64,000 nucleotides of DNA from Acidimicrobiales bacterium (GTDB lineage Bacteria > Actinomycetota > Acidimicrobiia > Acidimicrobiales > Aldehydirespiratoraceae): NCBI GenBank assembly GCA_965214285.1, contig OZ243946.1, positions 718,481 through 782,480 on the forward strand, given 5' to 3'. The notes beneath the pieces were generated by a model, which saw only the letters and a list, made by a program, of their open reading frames with translations, was not told the DNA's origin and did no database searches. A program made the position numbers and the translations under genes. Shown one piece after another: positions 33,708-43,597 of the stretch (its first letter is position 1; each line of letters begins with the position of its first letter).

Positions 33708-34718
33708 GTGACCGAGCACATCGCGCCGAGATTTCGTGCCCCGCCGGCACTGAAGCCCGGATCGCGTCTGGCGATCGTCAGCCCATCGTCCGCAGCAGCC
33801 GCCGCGTTCCCCCGACGGGCTCAGCAGGGCATCGCCGCGCTCGAAGCCGCCGGTTTCGCTGTGGTGATGATGCCCAATGCCGACGCCTCCGCTCCGTTCA
33901 CGGCCGGCACCGCCGAGCAGCGGGTGGCCGACATCGAGCAGGCCTTCGCCGATCCCGATATCGATGGCCTGGTCTGCTCCATCGGCGGGACGCTCAGCAG
34001 CCAGCTGTTGGATCGCCTCGACTACGGCCTGATAGCCGACAACCCCAAGGTCTTCTGCGGCTACAGCGACGTGACCACCCTGCACTGCGCCTTCGGCAAG
34101 CTGGCCGGGCTCTCGACCTTCTACGGGCCCGCGCTGCTTCCCGAATGGGGCGAGCTGCCTCAGCCGGCGGTGGAGACCGCCAGCGGGTTTCTCGCGGCGA
34201 CCGCCTCGACCACCCCGATCGGGACGCTTGCCCACCCTCCCACCGAGATAGTCGAGCACGTGGATTGGTCCGAGGATCGGCCCCGGCGCAGCAGGGCCGC
34301 GCCTCCGCCGGTGGCTGTCGTGGAGGGCACGGTGACCGCTCCGCTGATCAGCGCCTGCCCGCCGGTGCTTCGTGAGTTGGTCGGCACGCCATGGATGCCC
34401 GAGCTCTCCGGCACGGTGCTGCACCTCGATCTCCCTGAGCACCCCTACCGTGCGCTGGACCTGCTGACGGACCTGACGCACCTCCACAACTGCGGCGTTC
34501 TCGGCGAACTGGCCGGTCTCGTCGTCAGCAGGCCGCATCTCGGCCGGGGCGTCGGCGACGTTGAGCAGGCGTTGAGGCTGGCTCTGCAGCCACACCTGTT
34601 CCCCGCGGTTCTGGGCATCGCCTGTGGCCACACCGCTCCCACCCTCACGCTTCCCCAGGGCGCGGTCGTGGAGCTGAGCGGCACCGACCTGCGGGTGCTG
34701 ACGCCCGGCGTCTCCTAG
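33708..34718 (+). CDS. LD-carboxypeptidase (peptidase S66 family)
   Basis: RLAIVSPSS...VCSIGGTLSSQLLDRLDYGLIADNPKVFCGYSDVTTLHCAF is an S66 signature with catalytic Ser. Confidence 0.75.
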   Translation: MTEHIAPRFRAPPALKPGSRLAIVSPSSAAAAAFPRRAQQGIAALEAAGFAVVMMPNADASAPFTAGTAEQRVADIEQAFADPDIDGLVCSIGGTLSSQLLDRLDYGLIADNPKVFCGYSDVTTLHCAFGKLAGLSTFYGPALLPEWGELPQPAVETASGFLAATASTTPIGTLAHPPTEIVEHVDWSEDRPRRSRAAPPPVAVVEGTVTAPLISACPPVLRELVGTPWMPELSGTVLHLDLPEHPYRALDLLTDLTHLHNCGVLGELAGLVVSRPHLGRGVGDVEQALRLALQPHLFPAVLGIACGHTAPTLTLPQGAVVELSGTDLRVLTPGVS

Positions 34719-34771
34719 CAGGTTTCGGCTGCCCCGACTCTGGACGAGTCCAGCGACTGTCTTCTTGGAGT

Positions 34772-35137
34772 TCAGCCGTCGGCAGCACCCGGGTCAGCGT
34801 TGCCGCGTTGCTCGAGGATGGATCGCAGCGCAGCGGCGAACTCTGGGACATCGGCTTTCACAACCTGCCACAGCTCGTCGTAGTCGATGTCACCATATTC
34901 GTGGGCGATGACATTGCGCAGCGCTTTTGCCTTTCGAATCGGCAAAGTTGGATGCTCGGCCTGAAACTGATCTGACAATCTGGATGCAGCCTCACCGAGT
35001 ATCTCCAAGCGGCGCTCGGCGACGTCACGCTGCTCCCAATCAGAGTCGAATCGCCGGCGTCCTCGGGCGACGACCACGGCGATCTTGTCGGCAGCGTCCA
35101 AGATGTCGCTGACGTACACGACATCGCGTTCGTTCAC
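34772..35137 (-). CDS. HepT-like (DUF86) ribonuclease toxin
   Basis: RX4HXY motif RNVIAHEYGD. GTG start overlapping the MntA stop. Confidence 0.7.
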   Translation of the reverse strand: MNERDVVYVSDILDAADKIAVVVARGRRRFDSDWEQRDVAERRLEILGEAASRLSDQFQAEHPTLPIRKAKALRNVIAHEYGDIDYDELWQVVKADVPEFAAALRSILEQRGNADPGAADG

Positions 35138-35427
35138 AGCGGGATCGCTTCGCCCAGCATGCTCCGTCGGCGGGATCCCTTGACACCTTTGGCGTTCACC
35201 ACATCCACCTTTGTCCCCAGGAGATCCTCCAGGTCATGCATGAGGCCGATCCGGTCGAACAGGCTGGCCCCGTCCGCGAAGCGAACCAGGAAGTCGAAGT
35301 CGCTGTCGTCCGTGTCGTCATCGCGGGCGACCGAGCCGACGAGCGCAATGGACTCCGCCTTGTTGCGAAGGGCGGCCTGCCTGATCTCCTCGCGGCACCG
35401 AACCAGCACGATGTCGCGGCGGCTCAT
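35134..35427 (-). CDS. MntA-like nucleotidyltransferase antitoxin
   Basis: GSVARDDDTDDSDFDFLVRF (GS...D.D nucleotidyltransferase motif). Start placed at MSRRDIVL. Confidence 0.65.
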   Translation of the reverse strand: MSRRDIVLVRCREEIRQAALRNKAESIALVGSVARDDDTDDSDFDFLVRFADGASLFDRIGLMHDLEDLLGTKVDVVNAKGVKGSRRRSMLGEAIPL

Positions 35428-35654
35428 CTGCTCGCCGGCAGCGCCCGGAGCCGTTGACCGCCGGACGGGCTCGTCGCTGGTCTCATCGACGGCCACGAAC
35501 CGTCCGTCAGGCCCGCGCCGGCAGGCCTCCTCGAACTCAGGATTCTTCGGTTGGCGGAGCGTGTGTGGCATGGCCTAGTCCGGGATCGGCTTCCAAGACA
35601 GCGTAGCTACCGGCACGCGCGGCTGGGGCGTGGCGCGGCGCTACCGTCGCGGCC

Positions 35655-36584
35655 GTGCCTGTCGTCGTCAACCACACCGGCTACCCCATGCCGCCGAGCG
35701 TGACCTCGCTGCCCGGCATCGAGCTGGTCGACGCGCCTCTCGATGGCGCCATCGACGACGGTGTGGCCGGCGAGATCGTGCTCACGAGGACCCAGCCCGG
35801 CCCCAACCTGGCCGACCTGCTGGCCCGCGGCGCCAAGTGGGTTCACACCCTGGGCACCGGCGTGGACGAGTTCGCCTTCGACGCCCTGAACGGCCAGATC
35901 CTCACCTGCGCCCGCGGGATCAGCGCCGAGCCCATCGGCGAGTGGGTCTTCGCCCAGATGCTCGCCCACGCCAAGGGCCTCCCCGACGTGTGGCTCGACG
36001 AGGCCCCGGAGCAGCTGCACCGCGAGCCTCGGATCGGCTCGCTGCGCGGAGCGACCGTGGCCGTGCTCGGCATGGGTGGGATCGGCACCGAGGTGGCCCG
36101 GCTCAGCCTGGCGCTCGACATGAACGTGATCGGCGTGCGGCGGACCTCCGCCGGTGCGCCGCTGCCGGGCGTGCGCATCGCCGCCGATCTCGCCGACGCC
36201 GTGAGCGGGGCCGACCACCTGGTGCTCGCCGCTCCCCACACGCCCGCCACGCATCGGGTGCTCGATGCCGGCGTGTTCGCTGCCGCCAAGCCGGGCCTGC
36301 ACGTGGTCAACGTGTCGCGTGGGCCGATGCTGGACCAGGAGGCGCTGCGGGCCGCCCTCGACGACGGAACCGTGGCGCTGGCCTCGCTGGATGTGACCGA
36401 TCCCGAGCCGCTGCCGGCCGGGCACTGGATGTACGCCCATCCTCGGGTGCATGTGACGCCGCACGTGTCGTGGGCCGGGCCGGGGGCGTTTGTCGAGGTG
36501 CTGTCGACGTTCGCGGACAACTACCGCCGCTGGCAGGCCGGCGAGCCTCTGGCCGGCGTGGTGGACATCGCCGAGGGCTACTGA
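35655..36584 (+). CDS. D-isomer-specific 2-hydroxyacid dehydrogenase family protein
   Basis: NAD-binding motif VAVLGMGGIGTEVARL and a conserved C-terminal catalytic region. Confidence 0.75.
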   Translation: MPVVVNHTGYPMPPSVTSLPGIELVDAPLDGAIDDGVAGEIVLTRTQPGPNLADLLARGAKWVHTLGTGVDEFAFDALNGQILTCARGISAEPIGEWVFAQMLAHAKGLPDVWLDEAPEQLHREPRIGSLRGATVAVLGMGGIGTEVARLSLALDMNVIGVRRTSAGAPLPGVRIAADLADAVSGADHLVLAAPHTPATHRVLDAGVFAAAKPGLHVVNVSRGPMLDQEALRAALDDGTVALASLDVTDPEPLPAGHWMYAHPRVHVTPHVSWAGPGAFVEVLSTFADNYRRWQAGEPLAGVVDIAEGY

Positions 36585-36637
36585 AACCCCACCCCGCCGA
36601 GCGGGGCTGGGGCGCTGCGGGTGGGTACTGTGAGGAC

Positions 36638-37597
36638 ATGTCCTTCGACGAGCGCTTTCACGAGGTGGCAGCCGAGGTCCGCAACTGGGGGCGCTGGGGC
36701 GACGACGACCGACTCGGCACCCTCAACCTGCTGACCGACTCCGCCGCCGCCGCCGGCGCAGCCACCGTCCGCTCGGGCCGCCGGGTGTCGCTGGCTCTGG
36801 ACCTGGGGCGTGACGGGCCGCAGATGGGCCAGGTCCCCGGCCGGGTCAACCCGCTGCGGTCGATGAACTACATCAACAGCGCCGACCTCGGCGACCCCGA
36901 GGGCGATGGCATGGTCCCGCACTTCAACGACGACCACGTGCTGATGGGCCTGCAGGCGGCCACCCACTGGGACGGGCTCTCCCACGTCAGCTACGGCGGC
37001 AACCTCTACAACGGCGTGCCCGCCGACAGCGTGACCGCCCGCGACGGGGCCACGGTGCTGGGCATCGAGCACGTGCGCACGGTCGTGGGCCGCGGCGTGC
37101 TGCTCGACATGGCGGGCTTCCGCGGCGAGGAGCAGGTGCCCGGCGGCACCGAGATCACCGGCGACGACCTCGACGCCTGCGCCGACTGGGCCAAGGTCGA
37201 GGTGCGCTCGGGCGACATCGTTGCGATCCGCACCGGGCGCATCCGCAGCTTCTTCGACGGCGGGGCGATGGCCTATGTGATGGGGCCAGCAGGCGACGCC
37301 TCTAATCCGGGGCCGGGCATCGACGCCGTGCGCTGGTTCCGCCGCCGCGACGTGGCCGCCGTGGCCGACGACACCTACGTGTTCGAGGTCTTCCCCGGCG
37401 ACGCTCCCCACAACATGCTGGCCGTCCACTGCCTCGGCGTGGTCGACATGGGCCTCACGCAGGGCCAGAACTGGAACCTGGAGGAGCTGGCCGAGGTCTG
37501 CGCCGCCGAGGGCCGCTACGAGTTCTTGCTGGCGGCCAACCCCGAGCCGTTCGTCGGCGGCTGCGGCTCGCCGGTGAGCCCGGTGGCCGTCTTCTGA
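36638..37597 (+). CDS. Putative cyclase / kynurenine-formamidase-like protein
   Basis: MSFDERFHEVAAEVRNWGRWGDDDRLGTLNLL is typical of Pfam Cyclase-family proteins. It is embedded in the over-long track ORF 35630..37597. Confidence 0.6.
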   Translation: MSFDERFHEVAAEVRNWGRWGDDDRLGTLNLLTDSAAAAGAATVRSGRRVSLALDLGRDGPQMGQVPGRVNPLRSMNYINSADLGDPEGDGMVPHFNDDHVLMGLQAATHWDGLSHVSYGGNLYNGVPADSVTARDGATVLGIEHVRTVVGRGVLLDMAGFRGEEQVPGGTEITGDDLDACADWAKVEVRSGDIVAIRTGRIRSFFDGGAMAYVMGPAGDASNPGPGIDAVRWFRRRDVAAVADDTYVFEVFPGDAPHNMLAVHCLGVVDMGLTQGQNWNLEELAEVCAAEGRYEFLLAANPEPFVGGCGSPVSPVAVF

Positions 37598-37647
37598 GCG
37601 GCCGCCGAGGACTGACGGCCGGCCGCCGTGAACAGGGCTCAGCCGAC

Positions 37648-38544
37648 ATGAGCGAGATCGTCGTCGTCGGCAGCATCAACCTGGATCTGGTGGTGCCCGT
37701 GGATCGGGTGCCGCTGGTTGGCGAGACGGTGCTCGGCGGCGACCTGCAGCGCATCGCCGGCGGCAAGGGCGCCAATCAGGCGGTGGCCGCGGCCCGGCTC
37801 GGCCGGCGCGTGGCCATGATCGGCCGGGTCGGCGACGACGACGCCGGAGAGATGCTGCGCTCCGCCCTGCAGGGCAACGGCGTGGACACCGCCGCTGTGG
37901 CCGCCACCGAGGGCACGCCCAGCGGCGTGGCGCTGATCGCGGTGGCCGCCGACGGCGACAACGCCATCGTGGTCAGCCCCGGCGCCAATGCCCGCCTGAC
38001 CCCGGCGGACCTGCAAGCCGCAGGCCCGGCCCTGGCGCAGGCGTCCGTGGTGCTGTTGCAGCTGGAGATACCGTCGGCGACGGTGGCCGCGGCGGCAGCC
38101 GCAGCAGCCGGGCTGGTGATCCTCAACCCTGCGCCTGCGCCGGCGGGGCCGCTGAGCGCCGAGCTGCTCGCCCACGTCGACGTGCTGGTGCCCAACCAGA
38201 CCGAGCTGGCCACGCTCAGCGGGCACCGAGGCGGCCTGGACCCGCAGACCGCGGCGCGCCTCGCCGCTGAGCTGCCGTGCAAGCAGGTGGTGGTGACCCT
38301 CGGCGCACAGGGCGCGCTGGCCGTGACCGACGGCGAAGCGGTGCATGTGCCGGCACCGAGCATCGAGCCGGTAGACACCACCGCCGCCGGCGATGCCTTC
38401 TGCGCTGCTCTGGCCGATGCCCTCGCAGACGGCGCCGAGTTGGTAGATGCCGCCCGCTGGGCTGTGCGGGTCGGCGCAACCGCCTGCCTTCGACCCGGCG
38501 CGCAGCCGAGCCTGCCCACGCCCGCCGAGGTGCTCGAAGAGTAA
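37648..38544 (+). CDS. rbsK: Ribokinase
   Basis: VVVGSINLDLV, the GGKGANQAVAAARLG motif and a C-terminal AAGDAF anion-hole motif. Confidence 0.8.
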   Translation: MSEIVVVGSINLDLVVPVDRVPLVGETVLGGDLQRIAGGKGANQAVAAARLGRRVAMIGRVGDDDAGEMLRSALQGNGVDTAAVAATEGTPSGVALIAVAADGDNAIVVSPGANARLTPADLQAAGPALAQASVVLLQLEIPSATVAAAAAAAAGLVILNPAPAPAGPLSAELLAHVDVLVPNQTELATLSGHRGGLDPQTAARLAAELPCKQVVVTLGAQGALAVTDGEAVHVPAPSIEPVDTTAAGDAFCAALADALADGAELVDAARWAVRVGATACLRPGAQPSLPTPAEVLEE

Positions 38545-38553
38545 TCTGGGCCG

Positions 38554-39546
38554 ATGGATCTCGAGGAGAGACTCGGGGACACTTCCCCCAGCGCGCCGAG
38601 CCGGCCCCCGATGCTGATCGACTGCGACCCCGGGGTCGACGACGCCATCGCCTTGCTGGTGGCCGTGAGCCGGGCCGATCTGGTCGGCGTCACCACCGTC
38701 AACGGCAACGTCTCGATCGACCACACCACCCGCAACGCCCTGGCGATCCTGGAAGCAGCAGGCCCCGCCGGCGCGCAGGTGCCCGTCCACCGGGGCGCGG
38801 CCCAGCCGCTGATCGAGCCAGTGTTCGACGCCGGGCACGTCCACGGCGCTGCCGGGCTCGGCGGCATCGAGCTGCCCAAGCCCAGAGCCGACATCGCCTC
38901 GGCTGACGCCGTGGGCTTCATCTGCGACTCGGCCCGCAGCATCGAGAACCTGCAGCTCGTGGCCGTCGGGCCGCTCACCAACGTCGCCACCGCCGTCATG
39001 GCCGACCCAGCGCTGCCCGAGCGTCTCGGCGGCCTGACGATCATGGGCGGCGCCGTCGCCGGCGGCAACGTGACGGCCACCGCAGAGTTCAACATCCGCG
39101 CCGACCCCGAGGCCGCGGCCGTCGTCTTCAGGGCCTTCCCGATGACCACCATGGTCGGCCTCGACGTCACCATGCAGATCCTGCTCGGCGAGCCCGAGCG
39201 GGAACGGCTGCACACGGCGGGCACCCCGGCGGCGCTGCTGGCAGCGGGCCTGCTCGATCACGCCATGGCCCGTGCCTCCGCCCTCGCCGGCCTGACCGCA
39301 GCGCCGATGCACGACGCCACGGCGATCGCGGCGGTCCTGCGGCCCGAGCTGTTCGAAGGCGCAGACCTGGCGGTGGACGTGGAGCTCGCGGGAACGCTCA
39401 CCAGAGGCATGACAGTGGCCGACCGCAGGCCTGCCGGGCGCGACGGCACGCCCCCGCAGCCGCCCAACGCACGGGTCCTGCTCGGCGCCGACTCCGCAGC
39501 GGTGGCCGGCGAGATCGTCGATGCCGTGATCGCACTGCGGGCCTGA
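38554..39546 (+). CDS. Nucleoside hydrolase (IU-NH family)
   Basis: LIDCDPGVDDAIALLVAV aspartate cluster at the N-terminus. Confidence 0.8.
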   Translation: MDLEERLGDTSPSAPSRPPMLIDCDPGVDDAIALLVAVSRADLVGVTTVNGNVSIDHTTRNALAILEAAGPAGAQVPVHRGAAQPLIEPVFDAGHVHGAAGLGGIELPKPRADIASADAVGFICDSARSIENLQLVAVGPLTNVATAVMADPALPERLGGLTIMGGAVAGGNVTATAEFNIRADPEAAAVVFRAFPMTTMVGLDVTMQILLGEPERERLHTAGTPAALLAAGLLDHAMARASALAGLTAAPMHDATAIAAVLRPELFEGADLAVDVELAGTLTRGMTVADRRPAGRDGTPPQPPNARVLLGADSAAVAGEIVDAVIALRA

Positions 39547-39568
39547 GAGCCGGCAGCGGAGACGGCCC

Positions 39569-40471
39569 ATGGAGCGCCTCGAGACCTACTTCGAGCACCT
39601 TGAGGGGTTTCTCGAATTCCTCGACAGCGAGCGGGTCATCTACACGTTCGTGCTCGTCTGGGCGCTGGCGGGCGTGGTCTGGATCGTGCTCGACTGGCTC
39701 GCCAACCCCAACCGCGGGGGCTTCAAGCCGACCCGCGACCGGCGAGCCCGTGGCTTCAAGGCCAGAAGGGCCCATCGCCGCATCAAGAAGGCCCAGCGTG
39801 ACGCGGCGGTGCGGGCCACGCTGCGCGACGCCTACGGCGTGTCGAGCCTGCGGTCCGTGTGGAGCCGTGACCGCGAGGCCCGCACCCTGGCTGCGGACAA
39901 CCGCCTGGTCCATGAGCTGCCGCCGTCGGCCTACCCGCGCCGCAAGCGCAAGCTGCTCATCCGGCTGCGGGAGCACCGGCCCGCCGACCACGGCGCCCAG
40001 ACCAAGGTGCTGCTGGCGACGCTCGACGGCGACGACCCGGCGATTCTTGCCGACGGCTCTGCGGGTTCGCCCGAGCCGCTTAGGCCCCGGGGCCGCTGGA
40101 GGCTGGGCCTCGACCCGCTGATGCTGAGCCCGGACGGGCGTCCGCCCAATCCGAGGACGTTGCGCAGCCGGGTCTGGAAGAACTGCGCCGACCGCCCGAT
40201 CTGGGGCGTCGAGAACCGGGCACGGATGAGTGCCGGGAAGCCGCCGGTCCGCTGGCACCCGATCCACGGGGAGCAGACCGCGTTCGTGAACCTGATGAGC
40301 ACCCAGCCGTGCTGGCCCGACACGTCGTTCGACCCGTTCTCGCCGCGGGCGCCGGCGGAGCTGCCCGCTGCGGAGCCGCCCGACAACGCCGGCACGAATG
40401 ACGGCGCTGACCAGGCTGCCACGGCGGGCGGCGGGGGCGAGGCGGCCAAGACGGGCGGGGGCGAGCGGTGA
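39569..40471 (+). CDS. Hypothetical membrane-anchored, Arg-rich protein
   Basis: N-terminal TM YTFVLVWALAGVVWIVL. GTGA overlap with the downstream ORF. Confidence 0.45.
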   Translation: MERLETYFEHLEGFLEFLDSERVIYTFVLVWALAGVVWIVLDWLANPNRGGFKPTRDRRARGFKARRAHRRIKKAQRDAAVRATLRDAYGVSSLRSVWSRDREARTLAADNRLVHELPPSAYPRRKRKLLIRLREHRPADHGAQTKVLLATLDGDDPAILADGSAGSPEPLRPRGRWRLGLDPLMLSPDGRPPNPRTLRSRVWKNCADRPIWGVENRARMSAGKPPVRWHPIHGEQTAFVNLMSTQPCWPDTSFDPFSPRAPAELPAAEPPDNAGTNDGADQAATAGGGGEAAKTGGGER

Positions 40472-41481
40472 GCGACAGGCCGTACTTCGTCTCCTTCGAG
40501 CTGGCCGCCGAGACGGTCGTCTTCGTCAGCCGCGGCCTTCACTCGGACCTGCGTCCCCAGGGGCTCGTGCTGCATCACCAGAGCGGGCTCTTGGTCAACG
40601 ACGCCAGTGCAACCGAGGTCGTGCTGTGGAGCGACCGCAGCCCGCACAGCGTGGAGGTGCTGGCCCCGGCGGGAGTCCTCACCGTGTGGAACGTCTGGCG
40701 GGAGGGCCGTGAGACTTTCGGGCTGATCGGCGAGGCCGGGATCGCCACCACCGATCTCTTCGAGGGAGCGGTGATGATCGAGTGCAGCGACGGACATCCG
40801 CCCGCCGAGTCCGTCGACCTGAGGGTGGAGCTGGCCTTCTGGGATGCTGTGCCGTCTGAGGGAGAGAGCGCCGATCTCGACGGGGCGGACTTGGACGTCG
40901 CCGCTGCGATCCGGCCCGACGAGGTGCTGCTGGCGTCGAGCATCGGCTCGGTCGAGGCCCCCGCAGACGGCCACGGGCCTCGGATGCCCAGGCCGGGCTG
41001 GCTTCGGGCGCCGCGTCACCCGGTGCTGTGGCAGTTCCGCCAGGTCGAGAGGCTGCCCGCGTCCGGCGCCGAGCCGACGGCAGCGCCGAGCGCAGACGGC
41101 CACCGGCCGCGGTCGCCCAGGCCGGGCTGGCTTCGGGCGCCGCGTCACCCGCTTGCGTGGCAGTTCGACCAGGCCGACGTCCCAGGCCGCAGACGCCGCA
41201 CCGCCCGCCGCCTTCTTGGCCGCGACCGCCACGATCCCGAGCAGCACGGTCCCGAGCAGCACGGTCCCGAGCAGCGCGATCCCGACCGGCTCAGCCCCGA
41301 CCGGCCAGGCCCCGCAGATGCAGCGCAGGACCGCCTCGAGAGCGCGGCCGCTAGTCGCCCGGGCGGTGAACTGCTGCCAGCCAGCGTCGCGGCGAGTCCA
41401 GCACCGACTGCAGACGGCCCGCCGCCTCGGTTGCCCAGGCCAGGATGGCTTCGGGCGCCGCGTCACCCGGCAAGTCGATGA
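40468..41481 (+). CDS. Hypothetical protein with three ~40-aa repeats (DGH.PR.PRPGWLRAPRHP)
   Basis: DNA repeats at 40989-41024, 41112-41147 and 41437-41472. The 3' ~130 nt overlap a convergent ORF, so the true extent is uncertain. Confidence 0.35.
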   Translation: MSDRPYFVSFELAAETVVFVSRGLHSDLRPQGLVLHHQSGLLVNDASATEVVLWSDRSPHSVEVLAPAGVLTVWNVWREGRETFGLIGEAGIATTDLFEGAVMIECSDGHPPAESVDLRVELAFWDAVPSEGESADLDGADLDVAAAIRPDEVLLASSIGSVEAPADGHGPRMPRPGWLRAPRHPVLWQFRQVERLPASGAEPTAAPSADGHRPRSPRPGWLRAPRHPLAWQFDQADVPGRRRRTARRLLGRDRHDPEQHGPEQHGPEQRDPDRLSPDRPGPADAAQDRLESAAASRPGGELLPASVAASPAPTADGPPPRLPRPGWLRAPRHPASR

Positions 41482-41846
41482 CGATCCCGTTCTTGGCGTG
41501 GTCCTGGCGGCGCAGCCAGCCCGCGGGCAGGTCCAGGCCGTCGTCGGCCAGGCGGGCCAGCGCATTCGGGCCGGTTCCGTGCTCGATGCCGAGCTGGGCC
41601 GCCCGCGCCCGCCCCTGCGTCGCCGCCGGCACCCAGGTGGCCATCGCCACAGCCGGGCCGCGGCCCGAGAACCAGGCAGCGAGCGCCGAGCGCTGAGGCA
41701 CCCGGGCGGCCTCGTCGTCTGAGAGCTCAGGGCCGATGTTGACCCAGCCCTCGCCGTCTCCTCGGGCGCTCAGCTCGCGCATGGCGGCGGCGACCGGCCC
41801 GTAGTCCCCGGTCTCGAACGGGATCGTGTCCCGCCGCACGGTCATG
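41351..41846 (-). CDS. Hypothetical protein
   Basis: Non-repetitive ORF starting MTVRRDTIPFETGDY. Overlaps the 3' end of 40468..41481. Confidence 0.35.
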
Positions 41847-42039
41847 CCCGCACCGTAGCGGCCCGGAGGCCGGCACTGAAGCTGCCAATGCCGCCGCAGC
41901 GACCGGCGGCACGGGTACTTTGGGGCGGGTGCGGCCCCCGACCCAGCGACCCAGGACACGGCTGAGGATCCGGCTGAGGACGCGACCGAGGACGCGACCG
42001 AGGCTCCGGCGCAGGCAGCTCCGAGCCGTCCTGGTGGTC

Positions 42040-43497
42040 ATGGCGCTGCTCGCCCCGGCGCTGGCGACCGCCGGGCCTGCGGCGAGCCAGGACGGCGGCG
42101 AGCTGGCCCGGCTCGAAGGCGAGCGCAGCCGGTTGGCCGCCGAGATCGCCGCCAAGGACGACCAGATCACCGGGATCGAGGGCGAGCTGGCCGACCTGGA
42201 GGCCCTGATCGTGCGCCGGCGGGGCGTGATCGCCGTGGTCGGCGACAAGCTGGAACGCACTGTGGACCAGCGCCGCCTGCCGGCTCGCATCCGCTCGGAG
42301 ACGCTGCTCGCCGACTTCACCGGCAGCGGCCGCGAGGACTACCTGTCGGAGATCTTCGTGCTGGAGGGCAACGAAAAGCCCGCCCGCAACCGTGAGCTCT
42401 ACGCGGCGGTGATCGACCATGCCCAGGCGAGGGTCGACGCAATCGACGAACGGCTGCGCTCGCTGGCCGGCGAGCTCGACGATGCCGAGGCCGCCCTCGG
42501 CGAGGCCCGTGCCGGCCGTGACGCCAGCGATGCTGCGCTGGCCGCGGCCCGCAGCGAACGGGCCGCTCTGGCCGCCGAACTGGAGGACGTCGAGGAGCGC
42601 ATCGAGGATCTCAAGGCCCGCCAGACCAGGGCGCTGCTCACGGGGCTGGTGATCTACGACAGCATCAACCGCCCGGCGCTGACCGTGAAGATCGACAACG
42701 CGCCCAAGGCCCGACCGCAGGCCGGCATCAACGGGGCCGACATCGTGTTCGTCGAGCTGGTCGAGGGCGGGCTCACCCGCCTGGCCGCCGTGTTCCATTC
42801 CCAGATTCCGTCGGAGGTCGGCCCCGTGCGCTCGATGCGTACTGGCGACTTCGACCTGCTGGCCCAGTTCAACTCCCCGCTGTTCGCCAACTCCGGCGGC
42901 AACCGGGTCACCCGCCGTTACCTCGCCGAGTCGACTCTGGTGGACGTGGGCGTCAACGCCATGTTCCGCCACTACTACCGCACGTCGCGCCCGGCCCCGC
43001 ACAACCTCTACACCAACCCCGGCAACCTGTGGGCGGCTGCTGCCGGCTCGGGCTTCGACAGCGGGCTGCCGTCTGCCATCTTCGCCTTCCGAGACTCGGC
43101 CGACGCCGGTCCCTCCGGCGATCAGGTCAACGGGGTGACGATCAACTACGGCGCGACCCGGGTGGGCTACCGCTGGGACGGCAGCGGCTGGCTGCGCACC
43201 CAGGACGGCACGGCGACGGCGGACTCCGCGGGCACGCGGGTGGCGCCGACGACGGTGATCGTGCAGTTCACCGACTACCGGGTGTCCGAGGCCGACGCCG
43301 AGTCGCCCGAGGCGATATCGGTGGGCGAGGGCGAAGCCTGGATCCTCACCGACGGGCGGCTCGTCAAGGGCCGCTGGAGCAGGCCCGGAGTCGGCGACAC
43401 CACCCGCTATCTCGACGCCGCCGGCAACGAGGTGCGGATCCTGCCGGGGCGCACCTGGATCGAGATGCCCCGGCCCAACTCGGCCAGCGCATCCTGA
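42040..43497 (+). CDS. DUF3048-domain secreted protein with an N-terminal coiled coil
   Basis: Signal-like MALLAPALATAGPAAS. YDSINRPALTVKIDNAPKARPQAGINGADIVFVELVEGGLTRLAAVFHSQ matches the DUF3048 N-terminal domain. Confidence 0.65.
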   Translation: MALLAPALATAGPAASQDGGELARLEGERSRLAAEIAAKDDQITGIEGELADLEALIVRRRGVIAVVGDKLERTVDQRRLPARIRSETLLADFTGSGREDYLSEIFVLEGNEKPARNRELYAAVIDHAQARVDAIDERLRSLAGELDDAEAALGEARAGRDASDAALAAARSERAALAAELEDVEERIEDLKARQTRALLTGLVIYDSINRPALTVKIDNAPKARPQAGINGADIVFVELVEGGLTRLAAVFHSQIPSEVGPVRSMRTGDFDLLAQFNSPLFANSGGNRVTRRYLAESTLVDVGVNAMFRHYYRTSRPAPHNLYTNPGNLWAAAAGSGFDSGLPSAIFAFRDSADAGPSGDQVNGVTINYGATRVGYRWDGSGWLRTQDGTATADSAGTRVAPTTVIVQFTDYRVSEADAESPEAISVGEGEAWILTDGRLVKGRWSRPGVGDTTRYLDAAGNEVRILPGRTWIEMPRPNSASAS

Positions 43498-43597
43498 GCC
43501 CGCCTGCTGAGCCCGAGTCGCAGGTGTCGAGAGCGCCGTTGGACTCGATGATGTCTTTGGCGTGGGGTGCCTGCCGGCAGCAGAGCCGGGATGGCCC

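Noticed and set aside
35630-37597. 655-aa plus-strand ORF spanning the dehydrogenase and cyclase genes
   Set aside because: The N-terminal 330 aa are Arg-rich nonsense in an alternative frame of the dehydrogenase. Only the 36638..37597 part (cyclase) is credible.
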